Below, piece after piece: positions 20,900 through 34,872 of a stretch of 64,000 nucleotides of DNA; the first letter of the stretch is position 1, and each line of letters begins with the position of its first letter. Made by a program: the position numbers and the translations under genes. Origin of the DNA: Rhodocyclaceae bacterium (GTDB lineage Bacteria; Pseudomonadota; Gammaproteobacteria; Burkholderiales; Rhodocyclaceae); contig JALNXH010000019.1 of NCBI GenBank assembly GCA_023230455.1, forward strand, positions 58 through 64,057. Direction: 5' to 3'. The notes below the pieces were generated by a model. The model ran no database searches. It saw only the letters and a list, made by a program, of their open reading frames with translations, and was not told where the DNA came from.

Positions 20900-22519
20900 T
20901 CATGCTGCGGATTGCGGATTATGCAGGTGGCGCAGTTCGACCTTGTTGAGCTTGCCGGTAGCGGTCAGCGGCAATTCGTCGACGAAAAGAATCTGCTCGG
21001 GAAGCCACCATTTGGCGACGCGCGGGGCCATGTGCGCCTTCAGTTCATCGGCGGTCACCGCAGCGCCTGCCGTCAGCGTACAGATCAACAGCGGCCGCTC
21101 CTCCCAGCGCGGATCATGCACACCGATAGCCGCCGCCTGGCGGATCGCCGGATGGCTCATGGCCGCCAATTCGAGTTGCGCGGCACTGATCCATTCGCCG
21201 CCCGACTTGATGACGTCCTTGGCGCGGTCCACGATCTCCACCGTCCCGTCGGCATGGATCTTCGCAATGTCCCCGGTATCGAGCCAATCGACCGCCGCCT
21301 GCACCGGGTCACCGACGTAGCGGCCGGTGACCGAGGGGCCGCGGACGAACAGCCGGCCCATTTTTTTGCCGTCAAAGGGCAATTGCTCGCCCGCATCGTC
21401 GAGCAGCTTTAGACGCGACTGGAAACCGACGCGGCCCTGCCGTTCGCGATACAGCAGGGCGCGGGTTTCCGCGTCGGCAAGTTCCGCGCCGGGCGGCGGG
21501 CTGCCGCGCGTGGCACCCGGCACCTCGGTCATGCCCCAGGACTGGCGCACCTTGATTCCATGCGCGTCGAGCTTGTCCAGCAGCGTCTGCGAAGGTCGCG
21601 TGCCGGCAAGCAAACCGGTCTTCAGCGTCGGCACCTCCAGACCCAGGCGCAGCAGGCTGTCGACGATGTCCTGCCAGACCGTGGGCACCGCACCGGCAAG
21701 CGTGACGCCTTCACTGCGGATGAGGTCGATAATGCTTTGGGCGTCGAAGGCGCGGCCTGGCAACACCAGCTTGTGGCCGTTCATCGGCGCGGTAAAGGGC
21801 ATCATCCAGCCGTTGGCATGGAAGATCGGCGCAATCGGCATCACGCACTCCAGGGCGCCGGGACGATAGCCGCCGTACATATCGGCCATGGTCATGTTCA
21901 TCGCCGTCAGCGTGAGGCTGCGATGCGAATAGGCAACGCCTTTCGGGCGCCCGGTGGTACCCGAGGTAAAACAGATCGTCGCCGCCTGACGCTCATCGAA
22001 GCTCGGCCATTCGAAATCGTCGTCGAACCCGGCGGTCAATGCAGACTTGCTGATCAGGCCGGGAATGCTGGATTGCGGAAGTTCGCCGGCTTCGTCCATG
22101 AAGACCCACGCCTTGACGCCCGGCGCCAGCGGAGCGAGCGCTTCCGCGACGGACAGGGTGCCGCCGTCGATAAAGACGATCTTGTCGTCCACCTTCTCGA
22201 TCATGTAGCGCAGATCGTCGGGAAGCAGCCGCGGGTTCAGGGTATGCAGCGCGGCGCCAATGCCCAGCACGCCGTAAAAAAGCTCCAGATGATTGCTGGT
22301 GTTCCAGGCCAGTGAGGCGATGCAGTCGTCAAGGCCATAGCCGTTGGCGCCAAGCGCCTTGGCTAGACGCCTGGCGCGCACCCGCATTCCTGCCCAATTT
22401 TCGCGTTCGATCTCGCCCGACAGCCGACGTGCCACGACTGCGGTGCCGGCATGGTGATCGGCGGCATAATCGATGAGCTGCGAAACCAGCAACGGTACAT
22501 CCATCATCGTGCCGAGCAT
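20900..22519 (-). CDS. Fatty-acid--CoA ligase (AMP-dependent synthetase, FadD-like)
   Basis: 540 aa from the ATG at 22519 (AGGAGG 7 nt upstream). AMP-binding motif FTSGTTGRPKG, ...WGMTE..., ...GDI..., ...SGGEWIS. The upstream 180 codons of the track ORF have no RBS or sequence support. Confidence 0.85.
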   Translation of the reverse strand: MLGTMMDVPLLVSQLIDYAADHHAGTAVVARRLSGEIERENWAGMRVRARRLAKALGANGYGLDDCIASLAWNTSNHLELFYGVLGIGAALHTLNPRLLPDDLRYMIEKVDDKIVFIDGGTLSVAEALAPLAPGVKAWVFMDEAGELPQSSIPGLISKSALTAGFDDDFEWPSFDERQAATICFTSGTTGRPKGVAYSHRSLTLTAMNMTMADMYGGYRPGALECVMPIAPIFHANGWMMPFTAPMNGHKLVLPGRAFDAQSIIDLIRSEGVTLAGAVPTVWQDIVDSLLRLGLEVPTLKTGLLAGTRPSQTLLDKLDAHGIKVRQSWGMTEVPGATRGSPPPGAELADAETRALLYRERQGRVGFQSRLKLLDDAGEQLPFDGKKMGRLFVRGPSVTGRYVGDPVQAAVDWLDTGDIAKIHADGTVEIVDRAKDVIKSGGEWISAAQLELAAMSHPAIRQAAAIGVHDPRWEERPLLICTLTAGAAVTADELKAHMAPRVAKWWLPEQILFVDELPLTATGKLNKVELRHLHNPQSAA

Positions 22520-22746
22520 GTTGAACCTCCTGTAGGCGAAGTCTGCACTTTCCGTCCGACGTATGGGTGTGAGCGTATCGCCCCGCAGCCGGCTTTTGCA
22601 CTGGCGATGATATACATCCGCCGCTCCGCCCAGCCCTTCCTTTCGGGGGGTAAATACCGTCGGATCGGCCGGCGGAAATTGGGGTCGTACCGCAGCGCCG
22701 GCAGTGCCCGGCGTCTCTCCGGAGGGGAGCGAATCGGCAGTCGCGG

Positions 22747-25518
22747 TTACTTGGAGAGGAAATTCAATGCCCGGGCGCGGGCCAATGCGGCAGAACGATT
22801 GGTGACGCCAAGCTTCTTGTAGAGGTTCTTCAGGTGCCATTTGATCGTACCCACCGCAATGTCCGTGTGGTCGATCATCTGCTTGTTCGACAGGCCGATA
22901 TCGATCAGGGAGAGCAGTTCCACTTCGCGGCGCGTGAGGACGACCGGGGAAGCGTTGCCGCGGATTTCCGAGCGCTGCTGTAGGAAGCGGTTGCTGATCG
23001 GCAGGCCGTCGCAGATTTTTGCGAAGAACTGCCGCTCTTCCGGCAGCGTAAAGACCCACGAGGACAACTTGGTGTCGTTGATCAAAGCGGCAACCACTCC
23101 CGCCTGATCGCGAAAGGGGCGCATCACATGCCCCTGCGTCGCGTGGCTGACGGCCCGCGCCAACTCTTTCGCTGCCGCGGCGGCATGGCCGCGGTGCATG
23201 GCAAGCGTCGCCTTCGCCAGCCCCAACTCGACCATCCGCGATATGCGTCCGTCGGCCTGGGCAGCATCCATTTCGGCGGCAATCAACGCTCCGACTTCTT
23301 TGTAATGTTTACCTGCGAGCATCAGATCGATGGCGGCCGCCATACGGATCTCGCGGTAGCGCGGCAGCATCGGCTCCCCGGAATCGGCGACGGAAATCTG
23401 CCCGTCGCTGCGGACGAGGCCGATACGGCTCGCCTCGGCCAATGCCTCCTTGACCCGCCCGAGATGCAGCAGCCGCTGCACCAGATAACAGGAAACCATC
23501 AGCGACAGGCGAGGCGGATAGCGGCCGGCGATCTCCTGGAGCGTTGTCACGGCAATCGGTGCCTCCGATCCCCCGTCCCAAAGTTTGATCGCGGCGTCGA
23601 AACCACAGGCGGTGCACTCGATACTGTCCGCCGCCTCCTGGGTGTAGACACTGCGCAATCCCAGCCGCAGCCAGTCGCGCGCTTCCTCGTCGCACCCCAT
23701 TTCGACGGCACACTTGGCCGCCAGCAGGGCCATCACGTCGCCCAGCTTGGTATCGTCGCCCAGCGTGGCCCGAGTCCGTACCAGACCGGCCTGCAATTCG
23801 CGGTAGGCATGTGCGTAGTCGCCGGCGAACATCGACAGCACCGCGTGGCCCAGCGTGACCCAGCCCAGAAAGTAGTCGCTTCCCGCTTGGCGCAGGATCG
23901 GCTCGGCGACCCGCATCGCCCGCCGGGCCTCGGCAAACCGGAAAAATCCCGCCAAGCAGAAGGCCTTGAGACCGCTGACCGCACCGATATTGAACGGATC
24001 GCCGCTGTTCCGCTCCGCCAACCAGCGTTCGGCACGTTGCAGCGTGTCGAACGGACGGTCGGTAAACAGGTCGATGCACATGCGCAAATGGTCGGTACGT
24101 TGCGTCAGATCGCCGGGCGGCGAAGCCTCGCCCTGTTCTGGACAACGCAGACGCTCGGCAAGCCTTTCGTGCTGTGCCCGGGCGAGTTCGTAACGACGGC
24201 GGAAAATCAACGCCCAGACGTACCAGAAATGGGCTTCCCAACCGATATACGCGCCGCCTGCCTGTAGTCGATCGATCCAGGAAATATATTGCTGGACGTC
24301 GCCGCGATCGCGGACAAAAACCGTGGCCGTGCATTCCAAAATCCGCCCCGCCACATCGAGCCGCTCCGATGCCAACGCATAGTCTATGGCGTCGCGCCAG
24401 TCGCCCTCGCGTTCGCACCACTCGGCGGCACGCTGCAGCACGCAACGTTTCCGCTCCGCCTCGATCGCGCGGCCCGCCTCTCCCAGCAGGTATTGCCGAA
24501 ACAGGCCATGCAATCGGTAATGCTTGCGATTGCGGTCGAGGGGGATGATGAAAACATTGCGTCGGAGGAGAAGGTCCAGATACCGCTCGGCATTCTTGTC
24601 GCCGATCGCATAGCGGCACAAGTCCGCACTGAAGGTACGCAGTTGGGCCAGACAAAACAAAAACGTCCGCAACCGCTCGTCGAAGCCCTGGAGCACCTGT
24701 CGGTTGAGCAATCCGGCGACGTCCTCGTCCGACCCGGAAAATGACTCCAGTGCGGTGCGCGGATGCGCCGAACCGGAGAGGACGATCTGCGCCATGCGCA
24801 CGGCGGCCGGCCAGCCTTCGGTCTGCTGGACAATCGCCGCAACGCCGCAAGAGCCGATTTTCCCTTCCAGGTCTACGCCGAGCAGTTCCCTGGCTTCCTC
24901 CGCGTCGAGACTCAATTCAGCGAAGCCCACGTCGCGCATCAAGCCTTCCAATTTCGCACGGGCGAGATTTATCCCCGGGTCGGTCGTACTCGACCAGACC
25001 AAACGCACCGATGCCGGCGTGCGAAAAATCAGGGCATCCAGCAGCGGCGCCAGCGCCTCGTCAGTGCAACTGTTCAGGTTGTCGATGAAAATGATTACCG
25101 GTGCAGGCAGACGGGCAATGACTTCGATCAGTTCGTCGCGACGACCTTCGGGTGTTTCGCCACCACGGAACAGAGCCTGCGTCGGATGGACGTCGGACTC
25201 GGGTCTGGCGAGTGCATTTTCGAGAGCGCTCAGTACCCTTTCGACGCTGACGCTGCTGTCGTCCAAGCCAATCCAAAAGCACTGCTCACCCGCCCTACAT
25301 GAGTGGGCGTAAAGCTCCGACATGAGGACGGTCTTGCCGTAGCCGATGGGCGCGACGAGGCTGACGACTTTCGGCTGGCCGCTGTCGCTGCGCGCCAGTT
25401 CATCGAGCAGTCGGGTGCGCACCGGCCGGAACATGAAGTTCGGCGGATTTGGGCGATAGGGCTTACCGACGGATACCTGTCCGACCGAACGCGTCCCCGG
25501 TGTCTTCGCCACTATCAA
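22747..25518 (-). CDS. MalT/AlkS-type LuxR-family transcriptional regulator (STAND NTPase + TPR-like + LuxR HTH)
   Basis: About 920 aa; P-loop VSLVAPIGYGKT, long helical repeat region, C-terminal LuxR HTH (LTRREVELLSLIDIGLSNKQMIDHTDIAVGTIKWHLKNLYKKLGV). Start is ambiguous: TTG 25518, GTG 25512 or ATG 25434, with AGGAGG at about 25523-25528 (minus strand). Confidence 0.85.
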   Translation of the reverse strand: MIVAKTPGTRSVGQVSVGKPYRPNPPNFMFRPVRTRLLDELARSDSGQPKVVSLVAPIGYGKTVLMSELYAHSCRAGEQCFWIGLDDSSVSVERVLSALENALARPESDVHPTQALFRGGETPEGRRDELIEVIARLPAPVIIFIDNLNSCTDEALAPLLDALIFRTPASVRLVWSSTTDPGINLARAKLEGLMRDVGFAELSLDAEEARELLGVDLEGKIGSCGVAAIVQQTEGWPAAVRMAQIVLSGSAHPRTALESFSGSDEDVAGLLNRQVLQGFDERLRTFLFCLAQLRTFSADLCRYAIGDKNAERYLDLLLRRNVFIIPLDRNRKHYRLHGLFRQYLLGEAGRAIEAERKRCVLQRAAEWCEREGDWRDAIDYALASERLDVAGRILECTATVFVRDRGDVQQYISWIDRLQAGGAYIGWEAHFWYVWALIFRRRYELARAQHERLAERLRCPEQGEASPPGDLTQRTDHLRMCIDLFTDRPFDTLQRAERWLAERNSGDPFNIGAVSGLKAFCLAGFFRFAEARRAMRVAEPILRQAGSDYFLGWVTLGHAVLSMFAGDYAHAYRELQAGLVRTRATLGDDTKLGDVMALLAAKCAVEMGCDEEARDWLRLGLRSVYTQEAADSIECTACGFDAAIKLWDGGSEAPIAVTTLQEIAGRYPPRLSLMVSCYLVQRLLHLGRVKEALAEASRIGLVRSDGQISVADSGEPMLPRYREIRMAAAIDLMLAGKHYKEVGALIAAEMDAAQADGRISRMVELGLAKATLAMHRGHAAAAAKELARAVSHATQGHVMRPFRDQAGVVAALINDTKLSSWVFTLPEERQFFAKICDGLPISNRFLQQRSEIRGNASPVVLTRREVELLSLIDIGLSNKQMIDHTDIAVGTIKWHLKNLYKKLGVTNRSAALARARALNFLSK

Positions 25519-25627
25519 TGCCCCTCCTATTTTTGGGGGCGATTATATTCGGCCCCAAAACAGGCTTTGGGAGGCTTTGTCCGAGGTCTCCGGGACCGCA
25601 GATGAAACGACGGAAGCGCGGCGTGCG

Positions 25628-25879
25628 CTAGAAAATTTCCTCGCTACAGACCACCGGACGGCTTTCCCGTGTACCTCTCATACGCTTGCCAGGAGTTGTC
25701 GGGTCGTTGGGCGATATCTCGACATGATCCTGATGCACCGCAACCAGCGTTCCGACAAACGGAAAGTCGTCGAAACGATCGGGAACGCGGTAACTCACGA
25801 GATCGCCGACCTTGAAGGTGGCGGGCTCGAAATTGAATTTGAACGGACAGCCTTCGCTACCGTTGGCTAGATCCTGCAT
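25628..25879 (-). CDS. Hypothetical 83-aa protein, last gene before the regulator in the CYP153 operon
   Basis: Strong RBS (AAGGAGGG 8-9 nt upstream of the ATG at 25879), same strand, 64 nt after the GMC dehydrogenase stop. No family recognised. Confidence 0.5.
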   Translation of the reverse strand: MQDLANGSEGCPFKFNFEPATFKVGDLVSYRVPDRFDDFPFVGTLVAVHQDHVEISPNDPTTPGKRMRGTRESRPVVCSEEIF

Positions 25880-25943
25880 GGGCCAGACCCTCCTTGCTGT
25901 ACCGCGGCGGAAGCGCTACTCAAACCGGCCGGCAATCAATTCG

Positions 25944-27548
25944 CTAAGTTGCCGGCTTCCCCAAAATGAATTCGGCGCCTCGTTCAGCGATCATCATGGT
26001 CGGAAAATTGGTGTTGCCGCTGATGATCTCCGGCATGATCGAGGCATCGATCACGCGTAGCCCAGCCACACCACGGACGCGCAGTTCGCTGTCGACCACG
26101 GCCATCTCGTCACTCCCCATCTTGCAAGTGCCGACAGGATGGTAGAGCGTGTTGGCGTTGGCGCGGATATAGGCGTTGAGCTCGGCATCGGAGGTCAAAT
26201 CCGCGCCCGGCGCGTATTCGCTGCCACGAAAATCGTCGTACGCCTGCTGCGCAAAAATCTCGCGCGACAAGCGGATGCCTTCGCGCAGCACTCGCAGGTC
26301 TTCGGACTCGGAAAAATAGCGCGGGTCGATTTCCGGAGCGACCATCGGATCGCTCGAACGGATCCGGATGGTACCAACACTGCGCGGCTTGCTGCCGTTC
26401 ATCACCGCCTGGAAGCCCTCCTCATGGATCACATCGCGGCCATGGTCGTTGTACATCAGCGGAACGGTGTATATCTGTAGGTCGGGATACGCGAGGTCGG
26501 GGCGCGACTTCAAATGCGCCCACGCTTCGAGGCCGCCGACCGCCGTTGGACCAGAGCGGAACAGCATGTACTGGCCAAGGGCCTTGGCCATCGCCAGCGG
26601 CTTCAGGGTGGACAGCAGCGACAACGGTTTCGTCATCCGCTGCTTGACGGGCACCGCGATGTGGTCGCGCAGATTGCGGCCGACGCCCGGCAGCGCATGC
26701 CGTACGGGGATGCCATGGGGCAGGAGGTCGCACGGATCACCGATGCCGGAGAGCTGGAGGATCTGCGGCGAATTGACGACGCCGCCGGAGAGGATGACCT
26801 CGCGATTGACGCGGATCGTTTCGCTACGGCCGCGATGCAGATATTCGATGCCGGTCGCGCGCGTGCCGTCGAGAATCACGCGCTTCACCAAAGCACCGGT
26901 GATCACCCGCAGATTGGGACGATTCAGGACTGGCTTGAGGTAGCGCAGCGAAGCGCTGTGACGCACCCCATCGGCGTAGTTGCCCTGCATTTGCGCCATG
27001 CCGAGTGGGTTGCCTGCATTGACGTCGTTGTTGAACGGATGGCCGGCCGCGATGCCGCCCTCAATCCAGGCACGCGAGGTTGGATTCATGCTCTCCATCG
27101 GCGTCGCGGTGACGGCTATCGGCCCCGCATGGCCACGATGTTCGGGATTGCCTGCGGGATAGCTCTCGATGCGCTTGAAATAGGGCAGGCAGTCCTGGTA
27201 CGACCAGCCGGCGTTGCCGAGTTGCGCCCACGCGTCGTAATCCCCGGCATTGCCGCGGGAAACCACCAAGCCGTTGATCGAGCTAGAACCGCCGAGCACC
27301 TTGCCGCGCGGGAAATACAAGACCCGACCGTTGGCGTATTGCTGCGGCACGGTTTCGTAGTTCCAGTTGCCCTTGCCTGATTGCATCAGCGCGAAAAAGC
27401 CAGCCGGCATGCGATAAAGGAAGCTGCTGTCGGGACCGCCGGCTTCGAGCAGCACCACATTGAGCGAAGGGTCCGCACTCAGGCGGTTGGCGAGAACGCA
27501 TCCGGCCGAACCGGCGCCGACGACGACGAAGTCGATCTCGGAATTCAT
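25944..27548 (-). CDS. GMC-family FAD oxidoreductase (AlkJ-like alcohol dehydrogenase / choline dehydrogenase family)
   Basis: 534 aa; N-terminal FAD fold [22 protein letters not shown] signatures ...[13 protein letters not shown].., C-terminal ...HPVGTCKMG....[23 protein letters not shown]. Confidence 0.9.
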   Translation of the reverse strand: MNSEIDFVVVGAGSAGCVLANRLSADPSLNVVLLEAGGPDSSFLYRMPAGFFALMQSGKGNWNYETVPQQYANGRVLYFPRGKVLGGSSSINGLVVSRGNAGDYDAWAQLGNAGWSYQDCLPYFKRIESYPAGNPEHRGHAGPIAVTATPMESMNPTSRAWIEGGIAAGHPFNNDVNAGNPLGMAQMQGNYADGVRHSASLRYLKPVLNRPNLRVITGALVKRVILDGTRATGIEYLHRGRSETIRVNREVILSGGVVNSPQILQLSGIGDPCDLLPHGIPVRHALPGVGRNLRDHIAVPVKQRMTKPLSLLSTLKPLAMAKALGQYMLFRSGPTAVGGLEAWAHLKSRPDLAYPDLQIYTVPLMYNDHGRDVIHEEGFQAVMNGSKPRSVGTIRIRSSDPMVAPEIDPRYFSESEDLRVLREGIRLSREIFAQQAYDDFRGSEYAPGADLTSDAELNAYIRANANTLYHPVGTCKMGSDEMAVVDSELRVRGVAGLRVIDASIMPEIISGNTNFPTMMIAERGAEFILGKPAT

Positions 27549-27637
27549 TCAGGACTCCTGATAGTTGCAGTAACGAACAGCGGGGGCCTTGCACGGCCTT
27601 TGCCGCTAAAAGCCACCCGCAGGCGGGGCCGTCGCTC

Positions 27638-27961
27638 TCAGTGCTGGCCTTCCGGCATGCGCACGATCAGCCCGTCGAGCGCATCGCTGAGCCGGATCTG
27701 GCACGAAAGGCGGCTGTTTTCCCGGACGTTGTCGGTCAGCAGCAGCATGTCCTTCTCGATGCCCGGGGTGGCGGGGCCGGTCTTGTCCGTCCAGGCCGGG
27801 TCCACATAGACATGGCAGGTACCGCAGGCGGCGGCACCGCCGCAATCGCCGTCAATGCCCTGCACCAGGTTTTGCAGCGCGGCTTCCATGACGGTGACGC
27901 CGCTGGCGGCCTCGACGACGCGTTCCGCACCGTCGGCGGTGATAAAAGTGATTTTTGGCAT
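27638..27961 (-). CDS. [2Fe-2S] ferredoxin, adrenodoxin/putidaredoxin type
   Basis: 107 aa; [12 protein letters not shown] ... SRLSCQI Cys pattern. Immediately downstream of the P450 gene. Confidence 0.9.
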   Translation of the reverse strand: MPKITFITADGAERVVEAASGVTVMEAALQNLVQGIDGDCGGAAACGTCHVYVDPAWTDKTGPATPGIEKDMLLLTDNVRENSRLSCQIRLSDALDGLIVRMPEGQH

Positions 27962-28019
27962 GGCTAATACTCTCTCTGTTAGATGATCGGGGCGTGGGTC
28001 GCCCCTGTACGTGACGGCG

Positions 28020-29276
28020 TCAGACGTGCAGCCGAACCGGCAGCTCGATGAAACCGTGGATCAGGTTGGAGGGCACGCGCACCGGTTCGCCGGCGACTTC
28101 GATGCGCGAGTAGCGTTCCAGCACCTCTTCGAACAGCACCTTGAGCTGGAGTTCGGCGAGACGATTGCCGAGGCAGCGGTGGATGCCGAAACCGAACGAC
28201 AGGTGGTGGCGCGCGCGCGGCCGGTCGACGATGAAATCCATCGGCCGCTCGATCACGTCTTCGTCGCGATTGCCCGAGAGGTACCACATCGCCACCTTGT
28301 CGCCCTTACGGATTTTCTGTCCCTGGAATTCGAAGTCCTCCAGCGCAGTGCGGCGCATGTGCGCAATCGGCGTCTGCCAGCGCACGATTTCCGGAATCAT
28401 GCTGGCGATCAGCGCGCGGTTGGCCTTGGCCTTGGCGAATTCGCCCGGATACAGCGAGCAGGCCAGTGCGCCGCCGGACATCGAGCTGCGCGAGGTGTCG
28501 TTGCCGCCGACGATCAGCAGCACCAGCATGCCGAGGAACTGGGTATCGTCCAGCCCCTGCATCGACGGCGTATGCGCCAGCATCGACACCAGGTCAGGCT
28601 GCGGTGGCAGCTTCTTGCGCTCGGCGTAGAGCTGCTGGAAATAGGCCAGGCATTCCATCAGCTCCTGCTCGCGTTGTTCCCAGGTGTCGACCAGGCCGTA
28701 GCCGGGGCGGGTGGTGACAATGTCCGACCAGCGCGTCAGCCGGCGTCGCTCCTCGAAGGGGAAGTCGAGCAGGGTAGCCAGCATCATCGTGGTCAGTTCG
28801 ATGGAGACGCGGTCGACCCAGTTGAAGGTCTCGCCGATCGGCAGCGAATCCAGCACCCGCCTGGTTCGCTCACGGATCGTCGCCTCGAAGCGCAACAGGT
28901 TGTGCGGCGCCACGATGGGGCTCACCGCCATGCGGTGCACGTCGTGCTCGGGTGGGTCCATGCCGAGGAAGTTGGGCAGATAGATGCCGCCGTCGACGGC
29001 ATTCAGCGTCGTGTCGTCGAGCACGAAGCTGCCGTGGGTGTGGTCGGACGAGAACACCTTGTGGTTGGTGTCGATCGCCATGATGTCGTTGAACTTGGTG
29101 ATCGACCAGTAGGGACCGTAGGCGCTCTCGGCGCAGTAATGCACCGGCGCGTCCTTGCGCAGGCGTTCGAAGTAGGGATGCAGGGCTTCCTGGCGGAAAA
29201 GTTCGGGGTCGCTTACGTCGATCTGGTCGAGCGGAATCGTACGCGCCCGCTCGGCGTGGTCTGTCAGGATGGTCAT
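28020..29276 (-). CDS. Cytochrome P450, CYP153 family (terminal alkane hydroxylase type)
   Basis: 418 aa. Collinear by eye with CYP153A sequences: ..DVSDPELFR...[16 protein letters not shown]...[24 protein letters not shown]..., [25 protein letters not shown], heme loop [18 protein letters not shown]. Confidence 0.9.
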   Translation of the reverse strand: MTILTDHAERARTIPLDQIDVSDPELFRQEALHPYFERLRKDAPVHYCAESAYGPYWSITKFNDIMAIDTNHKVFSSDHTHGSFVLDDTTLNAVDGGIYLPNFLGMDPPEHDVHRMAVSPIVAPHNLLRFEATIRERTRRVLDSLPIGETFNWVDRVSIELTTMMLATLLDFPFEERRRLTRWSDIVTTRPGYGLVDTWEQREQELMECLAYFQQLYAERKKLPPQPDLVSMLAHTPSMQGLDDTQFLGMLVLLIVGGNDTSRSSMSGGALACSLYPGEFAKAKANRALIASMIPEIVRWQTPIAHMRRTALEDFEFQGQKIRKGDKVAMWYLSGNRDEDVIERPMDFIVDRPRARHHLSFGFGIHRCLGNRLAELQLKVLFEEVLERYSRIEVAGEPVRVPSNLIHGFIELPVRLHV

Positions 29277-29510
29277 CGTTTCTCTCCGGGGTGGCAGCTA
29301 CGCTGCTCGTTTAAGTTTCTGGCGAACTTTGGCGTGCGGCCGTAACCGCTTGCGGCAGGCGGACCCCAATCTACCGAGCCACCGTACGCGACGCCACGGG
29401 CCTGTGCAGCCTCTTGTTAGTGATAGGCGTGGCGCCATTCCACGCGCTATAGTTTGAATTGTAGCGGCGGCAAAAGTGCCGCAAGCAGTACTAAAGGATA
29501 GGCGATAGCG

Positions 29511-31148
29511 CTATTCGATGGCGCTTTTGGAATGGGCCTGTTGGCGCAGTATGTATTTCTGGATTTTCCCGGTCGAAGTTTTCGGCAAGGCGCCGAAAAC
29601 TACCTGCTTCGGCACCTTGAAGCGGGCGAGGTGCGACCGGCAATGCTCGACGATCTCTTCGGCCGTAACGCTCACGCCGTCCTTGAGTTCGACGAAGGCG
29701 CAGGGCACTTCGCCCCACTTCGTGTCCGGCTTGGCCACCACAGCCGCGCTGATCACCGCCGGATGGCGGTAGAGCACATCCTCGACCTCCAACGAGGAGA
29801 TGTTCTCGCCCCCCGAGATGATCACGTCCTTGGAGCGATCCTTGATCTTGACGTAGCCGTCGCTGTGTACCACCGCCAGATCGCCGGTGTGGAACCAGCC
29901 GCCGCGGAATGCCTCCTCGGTTGCCGCCGGGTTCTTCAGATAGCCCTTCATCACCAGATTGCCGCGGAACATGATCTCGCCTATGGTTTCGCCGTCCCAA
30001 GGCACCGGTTCGAGGTTATCCGGATTGAGCACGGCGATCGCTTCCTGCATGTGGTAGCGCACTCCCTGGCGTCCGTTGCGGGCGGCGCGGAGGTCGATCG
30101 GCAACGCGTCCCATTCGGGATGCTTGGCGCAGACGGAAGCCGGGCCGTAGGTTTCGGTCAGGCCATAGACGTGGGTGATGTTGAGGCCAATCTGTTCCGC
30201 ACCCTCGATGATCGCCGCAGGCGGTGCGGCACCTGCAATGAGGCCGTTTACCTGATGGGTAATTCCCTCCCTAATGCCAGCCGGAGCGTTGATCATCATG
30301 CCGTAGACGATGGGTGCGCCGCACATGTGGGTGACGCGGTGCTCACGGATCAAACCGAAGATCAGCATCGGATCGACCTTGCGCAGACAAACGCTGGTTC
30401 CGGCGTTGGCTGCCAGCGTCCAAGGAAAGCACCAGCCGTTGCAATGGAACATCGGCAGGGTCCACAGATAAACAGCGTGCGGCGGCATGCCCCAGGAAAT
30501 GATGTTGCTGGCCGCATTCAGATAGGCACCGCGGTGATGATAGACCACGCCCTTGGGATTGCCGGTGGTTCCCGAGGTGTAATTGAGGGCAATCGCATCC
30601 CACTCGTTTTCCGGCAGGCGCCAGTCGAATTCGCCGTCGCCTTCGCGCAGAAACGCCTCGTAATCCGTTTCACCGAGCGTCTCGCCGCCGGCGAAATCAG
30701 GATCGAGGCTATCGATGACCAGGGGTTTCGCTCCCTCGAAAAGCGCCAGTGCGCCTTTGACGGTGGCGGAAAATTCCGGATCGGTGATCAGCACCTTGGC
30801 TTCGCCATGCCGCAGCATGAAGGCAATCGCCTCCGCATCCAGGCGGGTATTCAGCGTGTTCAACACGGCCCCGCTCATCGGCACGCCGAAATGGCACTCG
30901 AACATCGATGCCGTATTGGGCAGCATCGCCGCGACGGTATCGCCCTTGCCGATGCCGCGTTTTTTCAGTGCCGAGGCAAGCCGGCGACTGCGCTCGTAGC
31001 TTTCCTTCCATGTATAACGCCTGGCGCCCTGGATGACCGAAATGCGCCCTGGGTAGACGCACGCCGAGCGTTCGATGAAACTCAGCGGCGAAAGCGGAAC
31101 GTAGTTGGCCGGATTCTGATCGAGCCCAACGGTGTAAGGATTGCTCAT
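29511..31148 (-). CDS. Medium-chain acyl-CoA synthetase (AlkK-like)
   Basis: 545 aa from the ATG at 31148 (GAGGAGG upstream); MSNPYTVGLDQNPANYVPLSPLSFIERSA..., YTSGTTGNPKGV, YGLTE, TGDLAV, ...SGGENISS. Confidence 0.85.
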   Translation of the reverse strand: MSNPYTVGLDQNPANYVPLSPLSFIERSACVYPGRISVIQGARRYTWKESYERSRRLASALKKRGIGKGDTVAAMLPNTASMFECHFGVPMSGAVLNTLNTRLDAEAIAFMLRHGEAKVLITDPEFSATVKGALALFEGAKPLVIDSLDPDFAGGETLGETDYEAFLREGDGEFDWRLPENEWDAIALNYTSGTTGNPKGVVYHHRGAYLNAASNIISWGMPPHAVYLWTLPMFHCNGWCFPWTLAANAGTSVCLRKVDPMLIFGLIREHRVTHMCGAPIVYGMMINAPAGIREGITHQVNGLIAGAAPPAAIIEGAEQIGLNITHVYGLTETYGPASVCAKHPEWDALPIDLRAARNGRQGVRYHMQEAIAVLNPDNLEPVPWDGETIGEIMFRGNLVMKGYLKNPAATEEAFRGGWFHTGDLAVVHSDGYVKIKDRSKDVIISGGENISSLEVEDVLYRHPAVISAAVVAKPDTKWGEVPCAFVELKDGVSVTAEEIVEHCRSHLARFKVPKQVVFGALPKTSTGKIQKYILRQQAHSKSAIE

Positions 31149-31336
31149 GAACGCCTCCTCATCAAGATCGTGTATTGGCTGGATACTAAATAAATACCGA
31201 AAGCTGTTTTCAGAATCCTTACTGAGGCCTGCCTCAAACGCCCGACGGGAACCCCTTCGAATTCCCATTCACCGGGACCACGAAGACGCACGCTGCGGAA
31301 AGTGAACCGATTCACCCGCTTGCGCGGTGCCGATGC

Positions 31337-31364
31337 AAAACAAAAAGCCCGCATCGGGCGGGCT
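31337..31364 (-). terminator. Terminator downstream of tRNA-Ser
   Basis: Stem agcccgc (31346-31352) / gcgggct (31358-31364). On the minus strand it is followed by TTTTTGTTTT (31337-31346). Confidence 0.6.
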
Positions 31365-31381
31365 TGGCTGATAGAACCGAA

Positions 31382-31471
<90 letters not shown>

Positions 31472-31553
31472 GTGGGCGCGGATTCTATCACCGCAAAAGC
31501 TTTTGGACGAAGCGGCCGTGGCACAATGCCCGTCCCTCTTCCAGGGAAATGCG

Positions 31554-34678
<3,125 letters not shown>

Positions 34679-34872
34679 ATGCCTTTCCGCGAAATCACAC
34701 CAGGTTTGCGTTGCAACCAATTGAGCGGTTTGAAGAACGGATTTCCTCATCCGCCGCGACGATGCGCCGCACCTTGATTTCGTCGAAACCGGTGCCGATA
34801 CTGAACTACAAACATCTCACAGCGACGCTCCAGCGGAGCGTCAATCATCGAATAATTTGAGGAGGGTTTGCC

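Noticed and set aside
22520-23059. 180-codon extension upstream of the FadD-like ligase ORF
   Set aside because: The ATG at 22519 has an AGGAGG RBS and gives the normal ~540-aa enzyme. The extension overlaps the 3' end of the LuxR-type regulator gene and is Pro/Arg/Gly-rich junk.
31149-31381. Possible att site (duplicate of the tRNA-Ser 3' end) or integrase marking a classical tRNA-linked genomic island
   Set aside because: I found no copy of the tRNA 3' segment (..GGTTCGAATCCCACCCTCTCCGCCA) at the far border (20710-20900) or in this spacer. The 'cttcgaattccc' string at about 31253-31264 does not form a T-arm. No integrase ORF is present.
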